Shown here: piece after piece, positions 39,645 through 52,533 of the stretch
Position numbering within the stretch: the first letter of the stretch is position 1
How the letters are laid out: every line of letters begins with the position of its first letter
Source: Camelus ferus
Lineage: Eukaryota
Direction: 5' to 3'
Assembly: GCF_009834535.1 (NCBI RefSeq)
Contig: NC_045697.1
Location: forward strand, 90,894,001 to 90,958,000
Length of the DNA stretch: 64,000 nucleotides
Notes under the pieces: generated by a model
Seen by the model: the letters and a program-made list of their open reading frames with translations, nothing else
The model's database searches: none
What the model was told of the DNA's origin: nothing
Made by a program: the position numbers and the translations under genes

Positions 39645-39960
39645 TATACCATGTCTGCCAAACGTTTCATGTCACTTGAGCCTCATTATAGCCCCATGAG
39701 GTATGCAGAACAGGTGTATTATCTCCATTTTATAAATGAATGAAAATAAATTAACCCTTAGGTGAGATTTGTTAAGGTCACTTCTTGTAAGTGCAGAGTT
39801 GGAACTAGATTTGGAATTCTAGTTCCAACTAGAATTCCTAATTCTGCTCTCCTTATGAAGTACTCTTACCGATATAGTACCCTGATGGGGTTTCTGTATA
39901 CCCCTTAATTACAGCACCATAATGTCACTACCATTTATTCATAATGTGACCACAAGCTAT

Positions 39961-40497
39961 TGTAGGGGAGCAGAACTTACCACCCCAAAATATATCTCTT
40001 TGGCATATTAATTGTTTTAGGCTGGTTATTTTCTGATAAACAGCAGACATAAGAAGGGCTCTGAAAACCAAGTAAGAGTTGCCTTTTTTAAGAAACTTAC
40101 ATTTTTAAGGGAAATCTCCATTTGTAAGGGTATTACCCTCTGTATACTTGGAAGAGGAGAAGGACCAAATGAATCTCTAGGAGCTCTTATCAGTGGAGAA
40201 GGCAAGGACTTAAATCTGCATAACAGCCTTACCTTTGTTTACTCTGCTTTTCCTGGTAACCTCCCATAACTGTCTCTCCCCACCATCAACATTCTCGTTT
40301 GTCTTTAACTGGGGATGATATTTAAGGTAAGGGCCTTGGCCATTTTGGCGAGTTGCTCAGTTTTCCTGGGTCTCTCCCATGTACACATGTTATTAAGCTT
40401 TGTTTGATTTTCTCCCGTTAATCTAGCTCATGTCAGTTTAATTCTTAGACCATCCTGAAGAACCCAGAAGGGGAGAGGAAATTTTGTTCCTCCACAA
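39961..40497 (+). mobile_element. ERV1 solo LTR (MER34/LTR39-like), copy B
   Basis: Begins tgtaggggagcagaacttaccaccccaaaatatatctcttt and ends ...ttcctccaca; shares aaggacttaaatctgcataac and ttttcctggtaacctcccataactg with copy A. Confidence 0.75.
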
Positions 40498-40659
40498 AAC
40501 TGCACTAGATCTCTAAGAGTGCAGAGTAGACCAGCTAGACCAAAAAGATATTGACTGGGACTTCGCCAAAGTTGAAGAACTATGAGATAGCATGAGTTTG
40601 AGTTTTCTCCTCTTGAAAGTGACCACCACGTATTCAAGTCCATGTGTATACTACCAAAA

Positions 40660-42232
40660 GTATCTTGAAAAAAAAAACAAAGTTGGAAGACTCACACTTA
40701 CCAATTTCAAAATGTACTACAAAGCTATAATCAAAACATGGTACTGGCACACAGATGGACATATAGACCAATGGAATTGGATAGAGAGCCTAGAAACAAA
40801 CTCTCATATATAGTCAATTTTCAACAGAAGTGCCAACACTATTCAATGGGGAAAGGACCATCTTTTCAAGAAATGGTGCTGAGAAAACTGGATAGCCAAC
40901 ATATAGGATAATGAAGCTGGACCTCTCCTGTATATCATATACAAAAATTAACTCAGAATATATATATAAGGGAAAATCTTCATGACTTTGGATTAGACAA
41001 TGATTTGAGCATGACACCAAAAGCATTGTCAACCAAATATATAGATAAATTGAACCTCTTCAAAATTAAGAAATTTAGTGCATTAAATGATACTATGAAA
41101 AGACTGAAAAGACAGCCTACAGAGTGGCGAAACTATTTACAAGTCATAAATCTGATAAGGGATTAATAATCCAGAATATATAAAGAACTCCTAAAACTCA
41201 ACAACAAAAACAACCTGACTCGGTGGGGAGAGTATAGCTCAGTGGCAGAGTGCATGCTTAGCATGCACGAGGTCCTAGGTTCAATCCCTATTACCTCCAT
41301 TAACAAATAAACCTAATCTGCTCCCCCCCCAAAAAAGATAAAATACTGGACTTTAAAATGGAGATACATATATATATACATACACACACACACATATATA
41401 TAAAACAATTTAAAAATGAGCAAAAGACTTGAATAGACATTTCACCAAAGAAGATAAGCAAATAGCCAATAAACCATGACCAACATCATTAGTCACTAGG
41501 GAAATGCAAATCAAAATCACCATGAAGACACCACTCATACCCATTAGGATGGCTATTACAAAAACAAAAATCAAAAAAAAAAAAAAAAGGAAAATAACAA
41601 GTGTTAGGATGTAGAGAAATTAGAACCCTGTGCATTGCTGGCAGAAATGGTGCAACTGCTTTGGAGAACATCTTGGCAGTTTTGCAAAATGTTAAACATT
41701 GGATTACCATTGAGACCCAACTCTTCTACTTCTGGGTATATACCTAAAAGAAACATGGACTCAAATATATACCTGTACACCAATGTTCATAGCAGCATTA
41801 TTCACAATACCCCAATGTTCACTGACAGCTGAATGGACAAAATGTGGTTTATCCATATAATGGAATATATTATTTAGTCATAAAAAGGAATTCTGATACA
41901 TGCTACAGAATAGATGAACCTAGAAAACATTATGCTAAGTGAAAGAAGCCAGGCACAAAAGGACAGATATTGTATGATTCCAGTCAGATGAGGCTCCTAT
42001 AATAGGCAAATTCATAGAAACTAAAACAGAGGTTACCAGGACCTAGGGGGAGAAAGAATGAGGAGTTTTTACTGGTAAATGGGTATAAGGTCTCTGTTTG
42101 GGTTGATAAAAAAGTTTTGAAGACAGTTATGCAATATTGTGAATGTACATAATACCACTGAATAAACTTTAAAATGGCTAAAATGGTACATTTTAATGCC
42201 ATATGTATTTTACCACTATAAAAAAAGATTTA
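40660..42232 (+). mobile_element. L1MB-like 3' fragment
   Basis: ORF2 remnant KNKVGRLTLTNFKMYYKA..WYWH...IDQWN, then an L1MB-type 3'UTR and A-rich end. Confidence 0.8.
41222..41342 (+). mobile_element. tRNA-Ala-derived SINE (vic-1 type) inside an L1
   Basis: gtatagctcagtggcagagtgcatgcttagcatgcacgaggtcctaggttcaatccc followed by C-tract and A-tail. Confidence 0.85.
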
Positions 42233-43328
42233 AGAATAAATGATGGGCTAAGTGCTTTACAGCGAGGGAGAAGCAGAAACTCATAATTGCTCAGAAAATA
42301 GTCAAATAAAAAGTTAGCTGAAAAGAGGCAGACAGAACTTGAGTGGCTGAAACCAAGAGCAGTGAGTTGGAGACACCATCATGGAGAAGACAGAGGAATA
42401 AGAAGAGGAAAGAGAGCCAAAAGATACTGAGTACTCATTATTTACCAGACTTGAAAAACTTTCATATACTTTTTTCATTTCAGCCTCAATTGTGTGGTAG
42501 GTACTGTTATTAACCTAATGTTTTGTGTGAGGAAACTGAATTTTAGGTTAATAACTTGCTCAAGACTGAGTGGCAGAGCCAGAATTTATAACCAGTCTAT
42601 CACCTCTAGAACTCATACTCTTATTTTGTTGATCTCAATTTTTTCAGTTAAAAACAGAAACAACAATGTCCACCACACAAGCTTATCGTAAGGGTTAAAT
42701 AAGGATTTTTTGAGCTCGAAAATTCTAAATATACCTAAAGATTTTGTATTCTTTGATGGCTCTATCCTCTATGCTACCATTAGTGGCTGAGACTTCTTTT
42801 AAAGTGCTCTGTACCCTAGTGGGTATTTCACTTAGTGGATGGTTCTCATACTCTTCCACCATTTTTGAATTTCTCAATGCCAAAGACTCTTTCTTATTCA
42901 TTGTTTTGGACAGGATTTAAACTAGAGCAATGACTGTCAGAACAGAAGATGGAATTTAGAGAAATAGGCAGAATCTCTGTGTGGATTGTTCCAAAACCTT
43001 CCCTAATTCCTACCATACCAAGTGTTATCATTGCCCTCACTGCCCTCACCATCATGGACGTTATTATCATCATTAACCACAGCAGTGACAACCCCAGTAG
43101 CAACGGACGTGTTATCAGAGCCTAACAGGTGCAAGCTACTAGCCAGAGCTACAAATAAAAGTTTAAGCCTCTACTTCAAAGCATCCCTCCCACTCTTCAC
43201 TGTCCTGTCCTCTAATGCTAGACATTCCTTTCATAAATGATCCTTTAATCATGTCACTCAGTGTTGCCGAAAAGAAACTCCTTAGCATTTAGACCTTCCA
43301 AATTGGTATCTTGATATATTTTAAAAAA

Positions 43329-43383
<55 letters not shown>

Positions 43384-43402
43384 ATATATATATATATATA
43401 TA
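43329..43402. repeat. Compound (TG)n(TA)n microsatellite
   Basis: Seen directly. Confidence 0.9.
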
Positions 43403-43586
43403 TTAGAATAGACATTACATTCACTTAGCTTAAAATTCACATTAGTATTTGGAGAAAAGTCTTTCTTCCCACCTGTTTCTCCCAGTTCCCCCATTCATTT
43501 CCTGGTTACCCTTCCAGAAGTTTTCGCAGAGGGTTTCTAAACATGCCATTAGAAAAAAAAACATGTATGTGTATGTACATACATAC

Positions 43587-44470
43587 ATTTTTTTTCTAGA
43601 GCAGTTTTAGCTTTACAACAAAATTGAGAAGGGGAAGGTATAGAGATTTTCCATATGCCCCCTGCCCATACACATGCACAGCCTCCCCCATTATCAACAT
43701 CACTCACTAGAATGGTACTTTTTTTTTTTTTAACCAAGGATGAATGTATATTGACATATAGTCATCCAAAGTCCGTAGTTTAACTTGGAGTTAACTCTTG
43801 GTGTTGTACATTCTATGGGTTTGAACAAATGTATAATGACATGTATCCATCATTATAATATCATATAGAGTATTTCACTGTCTAAAAATCCTCAAATCCA
43901 CCTATTTATCCCTCCCCCAACTGTGGCAACCACTGATCTTTTTACTGTCTCCATAGTTCTGTCTTTTCCAGAATGTCATATAGTTAGAATTATGCAGTAT
44001 GTAGCCTTTTCAGATTGTATTCTTTCACTTAGTAATATGTATTTAAGATTCCTTCATGTCTTTTCATGGCTTGATAGCTCATTTATTTTCAGCGCTGAAT
44101 AATATTCCATTGGATGTACCACAATTTGTTTATTCGCTCACCTACTGAAGGACAGCTTGGTTGCTTCTAAGTTTTGACAATTAGAAATAAAGCTGCTACA
44201 AATATCTAAGTGTAGCATTTTGTGTGGACATAAATTTTCAGCTTCTTTGGGTAAGTACCAAGGAGGGTGATTGCTAGATTGTATAGTAAGAGTTGGTTTG
44301 GTTTTTTAACTTCCAAACTGTCTCCCAAAGTGGCTGTACCATTTTGCATCCCCACTACCATTGAAAGAGAGTTCTTATTGCTCCACACGCTCCCAAGCAT
44401 TTGGTGTTGTCAGTGTTCTGCTTGTGGTCATTCTAATAGGTGTATAGAGGTATCTAATTGTTCTAATTTG
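43587..44470 (-). mobile_element. L1MC1-like 3' fragment (copy 3, antisense)
   Basis: Same family as copies 1 and 2 (ctagagcagttttagctttacaacaaaattgag...) but with ordinary ancient divergence from them. Confidence 0.85.
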
Positions 44471-46951
44471 CTAAACATTCCTTTTTAATGTTCTCCACAC
44501 CACTAGCAGTTTTCCCAGTGGATCATCTCAAGACTCCAAATATGCCTTTATTGTTTCTTCCTACCTAGTATGTCCTCCTTCTCCCACTTAAATCTATTAA
44601 GTCAAAAAATATTAAGGACTTATCCAAGAAGCATACATTTTGTGATTTAGTGACTAATGAAAAGGGGGAGAGAGGAAAGGAACTAACTTCTATATTTTGG
44701 CTCAGGAAGTCAGGAGGTGACACTAGAATGTTTTTGTTGTTATTAAACAATGGAAGTGACTTTTCTTTCACACTTGCTTAGAAACAAGCAAAGCTCTGAA
44801 AGTCAATACCTTTTTTTTTTTTAAAGACTCTACAATCACACTCTAACGCCATTAAGTGTATGTCTAGAGGGACTAATTGCAGTTTGGCTTATTTGAAGAG
44901 ATTTGGTGAATCCCATTTCCCTTGAGAGGAGCAGCCATCAAAATGATCTGATTCCTAAGAAGATTAATAACATTCTGGTGCCCTGAGAAGGATTATTATG
45001 TATAAAGGCTGTCGAGTGAAGGCAGGGGAGGGGCACTGGCCCCTTGGGGAGCAGTTGTCTTCCTGCCCAGATGCCCCTCAGGTCACCCCTGAAGGAATGG
45101 TTAACAGAGGTTGCAAGAAACACCTGATGTTAGGATGCCTATCATTTACTCAATTGATAGCCTCTGGGAAACCTGAGACTGGTCAGGTAAGCCACTTTCG
45201 TGGATAACATTCTTTTTCTGAAAACTGAAAAGCACTAAATGGAGTGAAAATTATCTGTCAGATGTAACTCACCAGCTAGGAAGATGTATGGGTGCATCAT
45301 AGGAAGATGTCATCCTAGTTCAAGGACTCCTCAAAATATCAATTCTTTTTTGGTATTTTTAAAATGTATATTTTCCTACTTCGTTCTATAAAGGAATTGA
45401 GATTATTTACAAGAAATTTAACCTTATGATAAATGGTTTATCAAAATAAAAATATTGGTTTAAACAAAAGATTTAAAGCTAGGATAGCAAGCAGATTTAT
45501 AAGTCACAAAGTAGTTTATGGTTACTAAAACTGGGCTGCAAATAACTTTCTGAGCTGCTTAATATCTGAGGTAAAAAGAGAAACATGATAAGTTAAAACT
45601 TCACGGTCCACACAACATTGTAAACTGACTATACTTAAATAAGAAAAACAAAAACAAACAAACAAAACTTCATGGTCCATTAAAATGATAACAGTTCAGT
45701 TTCAAAGGGGAAAGGAAACTGTTCTTGTTACTTAGGTCTATAAGACGTGTGTGTGGGTTTTTGAGTGTAGGTTTTCATATGTGGGCATCAAGTGCCACAT
45801 GGACATTTTTGACAACATTCCTCAATAAACACAATACTAGGTTCTGTCAGTAGTTTCCTCCACCATTCCTCTGTGTACACCAAAGATGTAACAGTATATG
45901 TAATTCAAAAAGGTGATCCAAAGGAAGACAGTAGATTCCATATGCATTCCTGTGATAATCCAGGGAGTAAAAGCTGAGATATCTAAGGAGATGAAGTAAC
46001 TGTACATTCTTCAGGATATCCTCTTTGCACTTTTCTTTCAGTTGGACTTTTGATAAAGGTTGATCTGGAGCCTGGTAGTTGTGTTAATTAATTAGATGGG
46101 AGGAATCTTTTCATCATTATGATTTTAAATAATATCTTACAATTTTATATGTCAACTCCACCTCAATAGAGCTGAATTTTTTTTAAGTTGAGAGAATTCA
46201 ATGCATAAAATTTTGCATGGGCTGACATTCAGATATTCTCCATAGTTGTCTAAGAGAAGATCCATAGCATAGACTTTCAGAATCAATCAAGAATGGGAGG
46301 GACGGAAGGGCACCGAAATAGCTCCATTGGGAGAACATTAGACTGAAAAATAGGAGGGATGGCAACCTTTATAAAAACTGAGGGCCTGGTTTCACAAGCA
46401 TAATTTTGATTGCAACTTCCAGGAAGCCCAACCAAAATAGCTTAAAGACTTAGATAATTTATTTTAATATTTATTTCCTAAAATTTCATGTAAAGTTATA
46501 AATTCCCTTTTAAGTATCACAAAGATGAATTTCATAGATTTTAGCATATACATAGTGTTTCCATTCCAGGGCTATAAAAGTGACTCATATTTAGTAATAT
46601 TTTTCAGTTTCTAAACAAAGGAGATTTTTAAAAGGTATCTTTTGGTTAATTTCTAAGTTTATTATATTATGGTAGGATAATTTAGTCTGCATAGCAATCC
46701 TTCAGAATTATTTAGACTTCCGTTTTTCCTAATGCATGAAATATTTTTGTAAATCTTTCATGTGTTCTTGAAAGTATATTCTCTGTTGAATGTAGGTTTT
46801 TATATAATAGCTTGAGCTTATTAAATGCATTGTTTAGGTCTTAGATATAGGAGTTGTATGGAACTTTGATAAGGAAATTTTGAATTGATTAAATTTAAAT
46901 CAAACTTATTTTTTTGGTATTGACTGCAATTATGGTTTCAATTACCAGGGT

Positions 46952-47414
46952 TGTATCAGTTATCTATTGCTGCACAGCAAATCATCCCAAAAGTTAATGG
47001 CTCAAAAAGCTATTGTGCATCTGCTCATAGTTTCTATGGGCTGACAATGGGCTGGGTTTGGCTGGAGAGGCTCTTCTGCCATTCTTGCCTGAGGTCACTC
47101 ATGCAGCTGCAGCTCTCTGGGGATTGCCTGGGGCTGGACCATCCAAGGTCCTCACTCACAGTTCTGGTGCCTCAGCTGGTGTGGTTTGGCCTCTCTCTCT
47201 CCATCTTCACAGAATGGTGTAAGCTTTCCAAGAGGATAAGAGCAGAAGCTACGGGGCCTCTTGAGGCTGGGCTCAGAAATCACCTGGCACTTCCACTACG
47301 TTCTTTTGGTCAAAGCAATTCACAGGGCTAGTCCAGATTCAGGGAGTGGAGAAATAGGTTTCACCTCAGTGTGAGGAGCTACAAAGAAATTGGGGCCACT
47401 TTACATCCAACACA
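46952..47414 (-). mobile_element. MLT1 (MaLR) LTR
   Basis: tgtatcagttatctattgctgcacagcaaatcatcccaaa...ggtcaaagcaattcacagggctagtccagattcaggg. Confidence 0.7.
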
Positions 47415-50379
47415 AAGGGAAATGCAAGTTCAAAATATAGATTGAATTGGGTTATAGGAAAAAAAGAACTTCTGTGTATTGTATTCTCGAGTACCTGGCT
47501 TGAATAGCACCTGCTCGAATGGTTGCAATGGGGCTGTGTTGAAGAAAGTTTTCATGTCCTTGTGAGGTATGTTTCAACAGGACTGAGAACTTGCAGAAAG
47601 GGTGTCTGTCTGACTCTTTCCAACGAGTTATTTCTTGGCTGCTTCAACTCCTGGTGGATGCCCAGGTAAGAAATCCACTTTTAGAGCCCCCCAAACTTAG
47701 GCCCTGCTTTATATGAGGAGATATATAAAGAGTATAGCTTTTTAATAGCCTAGGGCCATAATTTATCTAAGGTCTAAATGTATAAATCTTTTGTGAAATT
47801 ATCTCTTCTTTACGTGAAGTTCACAATACCTGAACTTGTTTCAGCAAGATACTAACACAACATTGAAAATCAACTCTACTTCAATTATTAAAAAAAAAAA
47901 AAAAAAAAAAAAAAAGATAAGGCCTGGCCGAATGTAGCTATAAGGGAAGTCCTAGCAGGGTTAATGTACGTAAACGAAGCCAATTTAGAGGAAAATGTTG
48001 ACTGCCTTTATTTTAAATACCACATCCAGAATGAGATGGGACAGGGTGGAGTTGCCGTTTATAACATCCTCTAAAGAATCAATGCCAAAGAGTTTGGAGT
48101 TGACACACTCAGTACCTGTGATCTCACCAGGAAAGTAAAAGTCTCGGCTCCTAGGAATGAAGGCGGGGAGGAATTCTTCATTTGAAAAATGCTATTTTGG
48201 CCCCTTTCCTCTCTTGGAGTTGCCCCTCCTCTGCCCCAACAAATCAGATCAGCCCTATCTTCCCCAGGATTCTCTGGGGATTCAGAACTAGTATATGAAA
48301 TGGACCTGGATTCCCTAATCTGCTGCTGACATCCTTTCTGCCAACTGAGTTAGACAAATATGAGCACTGCAAGGTGTGGTAAGCAAAGGAAGCCCTCATT
48401 TGCTAGGATGCCATTTTAACTTTCATCCCAGCACTTAGCTCTCACATTCACAGCATCATTTGTAAAAATGAAAAGTTCAGTGTCTTTGCTGGGCCCGCTT
48501 GAATGTTCTATCCTGTTCCTTTACTAGCTACATTTGGTTGAAGAGAGACCATTTATTTAGCCTTGGGATCCACTTGAAAACTCTCAACAGGACTCAGATT
48601 TCTGTTCTTTCTTATTTATAAGGCACAGTATTTGTTTGTCATTCTCTGAGCATCCTGGCAAGTGTGCTGACTGATGTTATTCTTTCAGAGTTGCAAACAG
48701 TGTTTTCCACCTGACCATGGCTTTATGCTGTCTCCCATGGGGCCTGGTTAGGGAAGCTGTGTATATACTTCTTGAGAAGGCTGATTGTTGTGAAAACCTT
48801 TGCCACATAAACAGAAATAAGGCGTTGGCTCTTTTCAGATAGTATTGCTAGCAACTTTTCTCTAATAACTTCTGGAACACAATTACGTCAGTTCAGACAT
48901 GTGACTGGGAAGAAATATCAGCTCAAAGACCATCTGGTTAAGAGTGAGGAGTACTTCCCAGCTTGGTGGATGGCAAAAATACAAAATGCCCCAGGAACAT
49001 TTGCCGTGGTCCCCAGTTCCTAAAGGATTCACAAGCTGACTAGTTCTGACCCAGTCTGATAAACGTGGGTGTGCCCTAGAGGAAGATGGAGTGATCCTCA
49101 CTTCAGGTCTTACACCTTTTGGAGCACACTCATGGGCTTTTGTGTATCTGGAGTTAACCTAAGGAGTAAGTGATGCTTTAGGACAAACCTAATTTAGCAA
49201 AATCATTCATTCATTCATTCATTCATTTGTTCATTAACATTTATGAGCAGACACTGTCCTACAGCTAGGGATAAAATAATAGATTATATTCAACTTCTGC
49301 TCCTAAGAATTCATGCAATAGGGTGAGGATTTAAGAGAGGGAGGGAAGAGATACATACAAATAGATGCTGATAATACAGAGCCCTTTCCCCCAACTTTTT
49401 AAATTTTAATGTGAAATATACTTTGTCCTGCTGTGGCAAGAAAAGGTGTCATGATTCATTAATTTAATCAGCAAACATTTGCCAAATGCCTGCTTTGTCC
49501 CAGGAGTCTACTTAAAGAGCAGCCTGAGGGTAATGTTAGGAAGATCAGAGAAGCAGCCTGCCTCGTTTCCCTTTGCCCTTCTCTGTTGCCCTTTCACCCA
49601 GCACTCTGGGGATGGACACTGACAGCATGAGATGAGGTGGCAGCACTTCCTAATCCTTTTTGGGTCTAAAGGAGGACATGCCCTCGAAAGGGAGTAAAAG
49701 AACAATGTAAACATCACCTTCAACCATGCCAATCATTTGTCCCCCAGCCTTGCCTTTCTTTAAACACACATGCAGCTTCATTCAAGGCAGTGAGGCAGCA
49801 ACTCAAGTTACTGGAAGAAGGCAGAAATAGGACAGCTAGAATATGATAACTTTGCCAAATGACTGCTTGCATCTTTGGTGAGTCACTGTCTTTAGTAAAT
49901 GCAAGACAAGCCTCAAAAATTGGAGGCTACCAAGGGTAGTAATGGGTATGACCCAGATAAGGCAGGGTCTTATCTCCTTCCCCATTTGATACACATTTGG
50001 TATCCAGACACTGCACAAATTTTTCCATAATGGATTTCAGTTTATCAAGCACTCTCCCTCCCCTCAACCCCCAATACATTAGTTCACTGAATCATACAGA
50101 AAACAGAGAAAAACTATTTGGGTAAATGAAGATATTTCTTCTAGGTACTCAGGAATTGTTTGAAATCATTATATGGATAATGAGACTTGAAGTAGTTAAA
50201 AAAAAAAAAGGTAGATTTTATCTGGAATATTGTGGAAATATTTCCAAAATACATGAATGGGTTAAGCAAATTTGCAAAATAACATATATACAGTAGGATG
50301 CCATTTATGATTTTTTAAAAAAGAGGGGAGATGAAAATGATAATAGCTAACACTTTATACTGCTTCCTGTGTGCCACTG

Positions 50380-51737
50380 TTTTTTTTTTTACTTTTGTTT
50401 GAATATAATTTATTTAATTGTAATTTTCTATAATTTCTTTTTTCTTTTTTAAAAAACTTTTTTTTATTGAGTTATAATCATTTTACAATGTTGTGTCAAA
50501 TTCCAGTGTAGAGTACAATTTTTGAGTTATATATAAACATACGTACATTCATTGTTGCATTCTCTTTTGCTGTGAGCCACCACAAGGTGCTATATATATT
50601 TCCCTATGCTACATAGTACAATCTTGTTTATCTATTCTACATTTTGAAATCCCAGTCCCTTCCCACCCACTGTCCCTCTGGCAACTACAAGTTTGTATTC
50701 TGTCTATGAGTCTGTTTCTGTTTTGTATTTTTTTTTTATTCCGCATATAAGCAATCTCATATGGTATTTTTCTTTCTCTTTCTGGCTTATTTCACTTAGA
50801 ATGACAGTCTCCAGTAACATCCATGTTGCTGCAAATGGCGTTACATTGTCCATTTTTGTGGCTGAATAGTATTCCATTGTATAAATATACCACCTCTTCT
50901 TTATCCAGTCATCTGTTGATGGCCATTTAGGCTGTTTCCATGTCTTGGCTATTGTAAATAGTGCTGCTGTGAACATTGGGGTGCAGGTGTCATTTTGAAG
51001 TAGGGTTCCTTCTGGATCTATGCCCAGGAGCGGGATTCCTGGGTCATACAGTAAGTCTATTCCTAGTCTTTTGAGGAATCTCCATACTGTTTTCCACAGT
51101 GGCTGCACCAAACTGCATCCCCACCAGCAGTGTAGGAGGGTTCCTTTTTCTCCACAGACTCTCCAGCATTTGTCATTTGTGGACTTTTGAATGATGGCCA
51201 TTCTGACTGATGTGAGGTGATACCTCATTGTAGTTTTGATTTGCATTTCTCTGATAATTAGTGATATTGAGCATTTTTTCATGTGTCTATTGATCATTTG
51301 TATTTCTTCCTTGGAGAATTGCTTGTTTAGGTATTTGGCCCATTTTTGGATTGGCTTCTTTGTTTTTTTCTAATTAAGTCATGTGAGCTGCTTATATATT
51401 CTGGAGATCAAGGCTTTGTCAGTTTCGTTTGCAAAAATTTTCTCCCATTCCGTAGGTTGTCGTTTTGTTTTACTTATGGTTTCCTTTGCTGTGTAGAATC
51501 TTGTAAGTTTAATTAGGTCCCATTTGTTTATTCTTGCTTTTATTTCTATTGCTTGGGTAGACTGCCCTAGGAGATCATTTTTGAGAAGTATGTCAGATAA
51601 TGTTTTACCTATATTTTCTTCTAGGAGGTTTATTGTATCTTGTCTTATGTTTAAGTCTTTGATCCATTTTGAGTTTATTTTTGTGTATGGTATAATGGAG
51701 TGTTCTAGCTTCACTGATTTACATGCTGCTGTCCAGT
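50380..51737 (-). mobile_element. Relatively young, 5'-truncated L1 inserted in a MIR
   Basis: ORF2 C-terminus stays in one frame from about 51737 to 50704 with two stops (TGA at 51379-51381, TAG two codons later); CCHC knuckle [20 protein letters not shown]-tail and cactgtt on both flanks. Confidence 0.92.
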
Positions 51738-52533
51738 CAGACACTGTTCTAAGTGCTTTCCATAGATGAATGCATTTGAACCTCAAAACATCCCCATGAA
51801 TTGGGTACTATAATTATCCCCATATTACAGACTTGAAAACTGGGCATAGAGAAGTTGAATGTCTTGCCTAAAGTTGCACAGCTAGGATTTAAACCCAGGC
51901 AGCTTGTCTACAGTTTCTGGAACTTAAGCTTTGCAATATTTCCACAAGTACAGCTATATTAATGTAAACGCTTACAAAAAAGATCAGAAGGGTACACGCT
52001 AAACTGAAAATCATGGTTGTCTTTGGAGAGGAATCAGGAGTTGGAGTTAGGGCAGGGTCAAACACTCTATTAGCTGCAATGTTTGAGGGTTTTGTTTTCC
52101 CCTAAAGACAATGATTTCATGTTACTTTTGTTAAAAATGTTTTTAAAAATCAATCTTTGGGTTAAGGGAAGTGATTTTGAATAAAATTACTAGATTATGC
52201 TCTTATCTTAAATTTCACATTGACTTTGGTCTTCGAGAGAAGGATTAATTTTGTTCATCTTTCCTCTTTGTCAGTCTCATGACCTCTGATGACATCTTAT
52301 TTCAAAGATTAAATAAAAAGCTATTTCAGATTTTATCTGGAAACAATGGGAGGCATATTGGTTAAAGTATTATATTTCATGGCTAAAATGTCTTTCAGAG
52401 TTAAGAAACTGAAGCCTAGGTAGCCATATAAGATCAAGTATAAAGTATTGAACTAAATCAAGAAGGGATTTGTTATTTAATTACAAAAATGAACTTTTAA
52501 GTCTCATATGTACTAATAATTAGGAAATAGTTG

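Noticed and set aside
43587..44470. Third L1MC copy as part of the homogenised repeat
   Set aside because: It lacks the private tandem duplication and shows many differences; it serves as an unconverted control.
45184..47672. Strong isolated splice donors (CAG|GTAAGC near 45187, CAG|GTAAGA near 47665) as extra downstream exons
   Set aside because: No convincing paired acceptor or coding signal; such motifs occur by chance in 64 kb.
47852..47915. Processed pseudogene ending at the long poly(A)
   Set aside because: The sequence before the A run is a short L1 3'-end motif bounded by a short TSD, not an mRNA copy.
50704..51297. 197-aa ORF as a host gene
   Set aside because: It is the L1 ORF2 C-terminus in a 5'-truncated copy with upstream in-frame stops.
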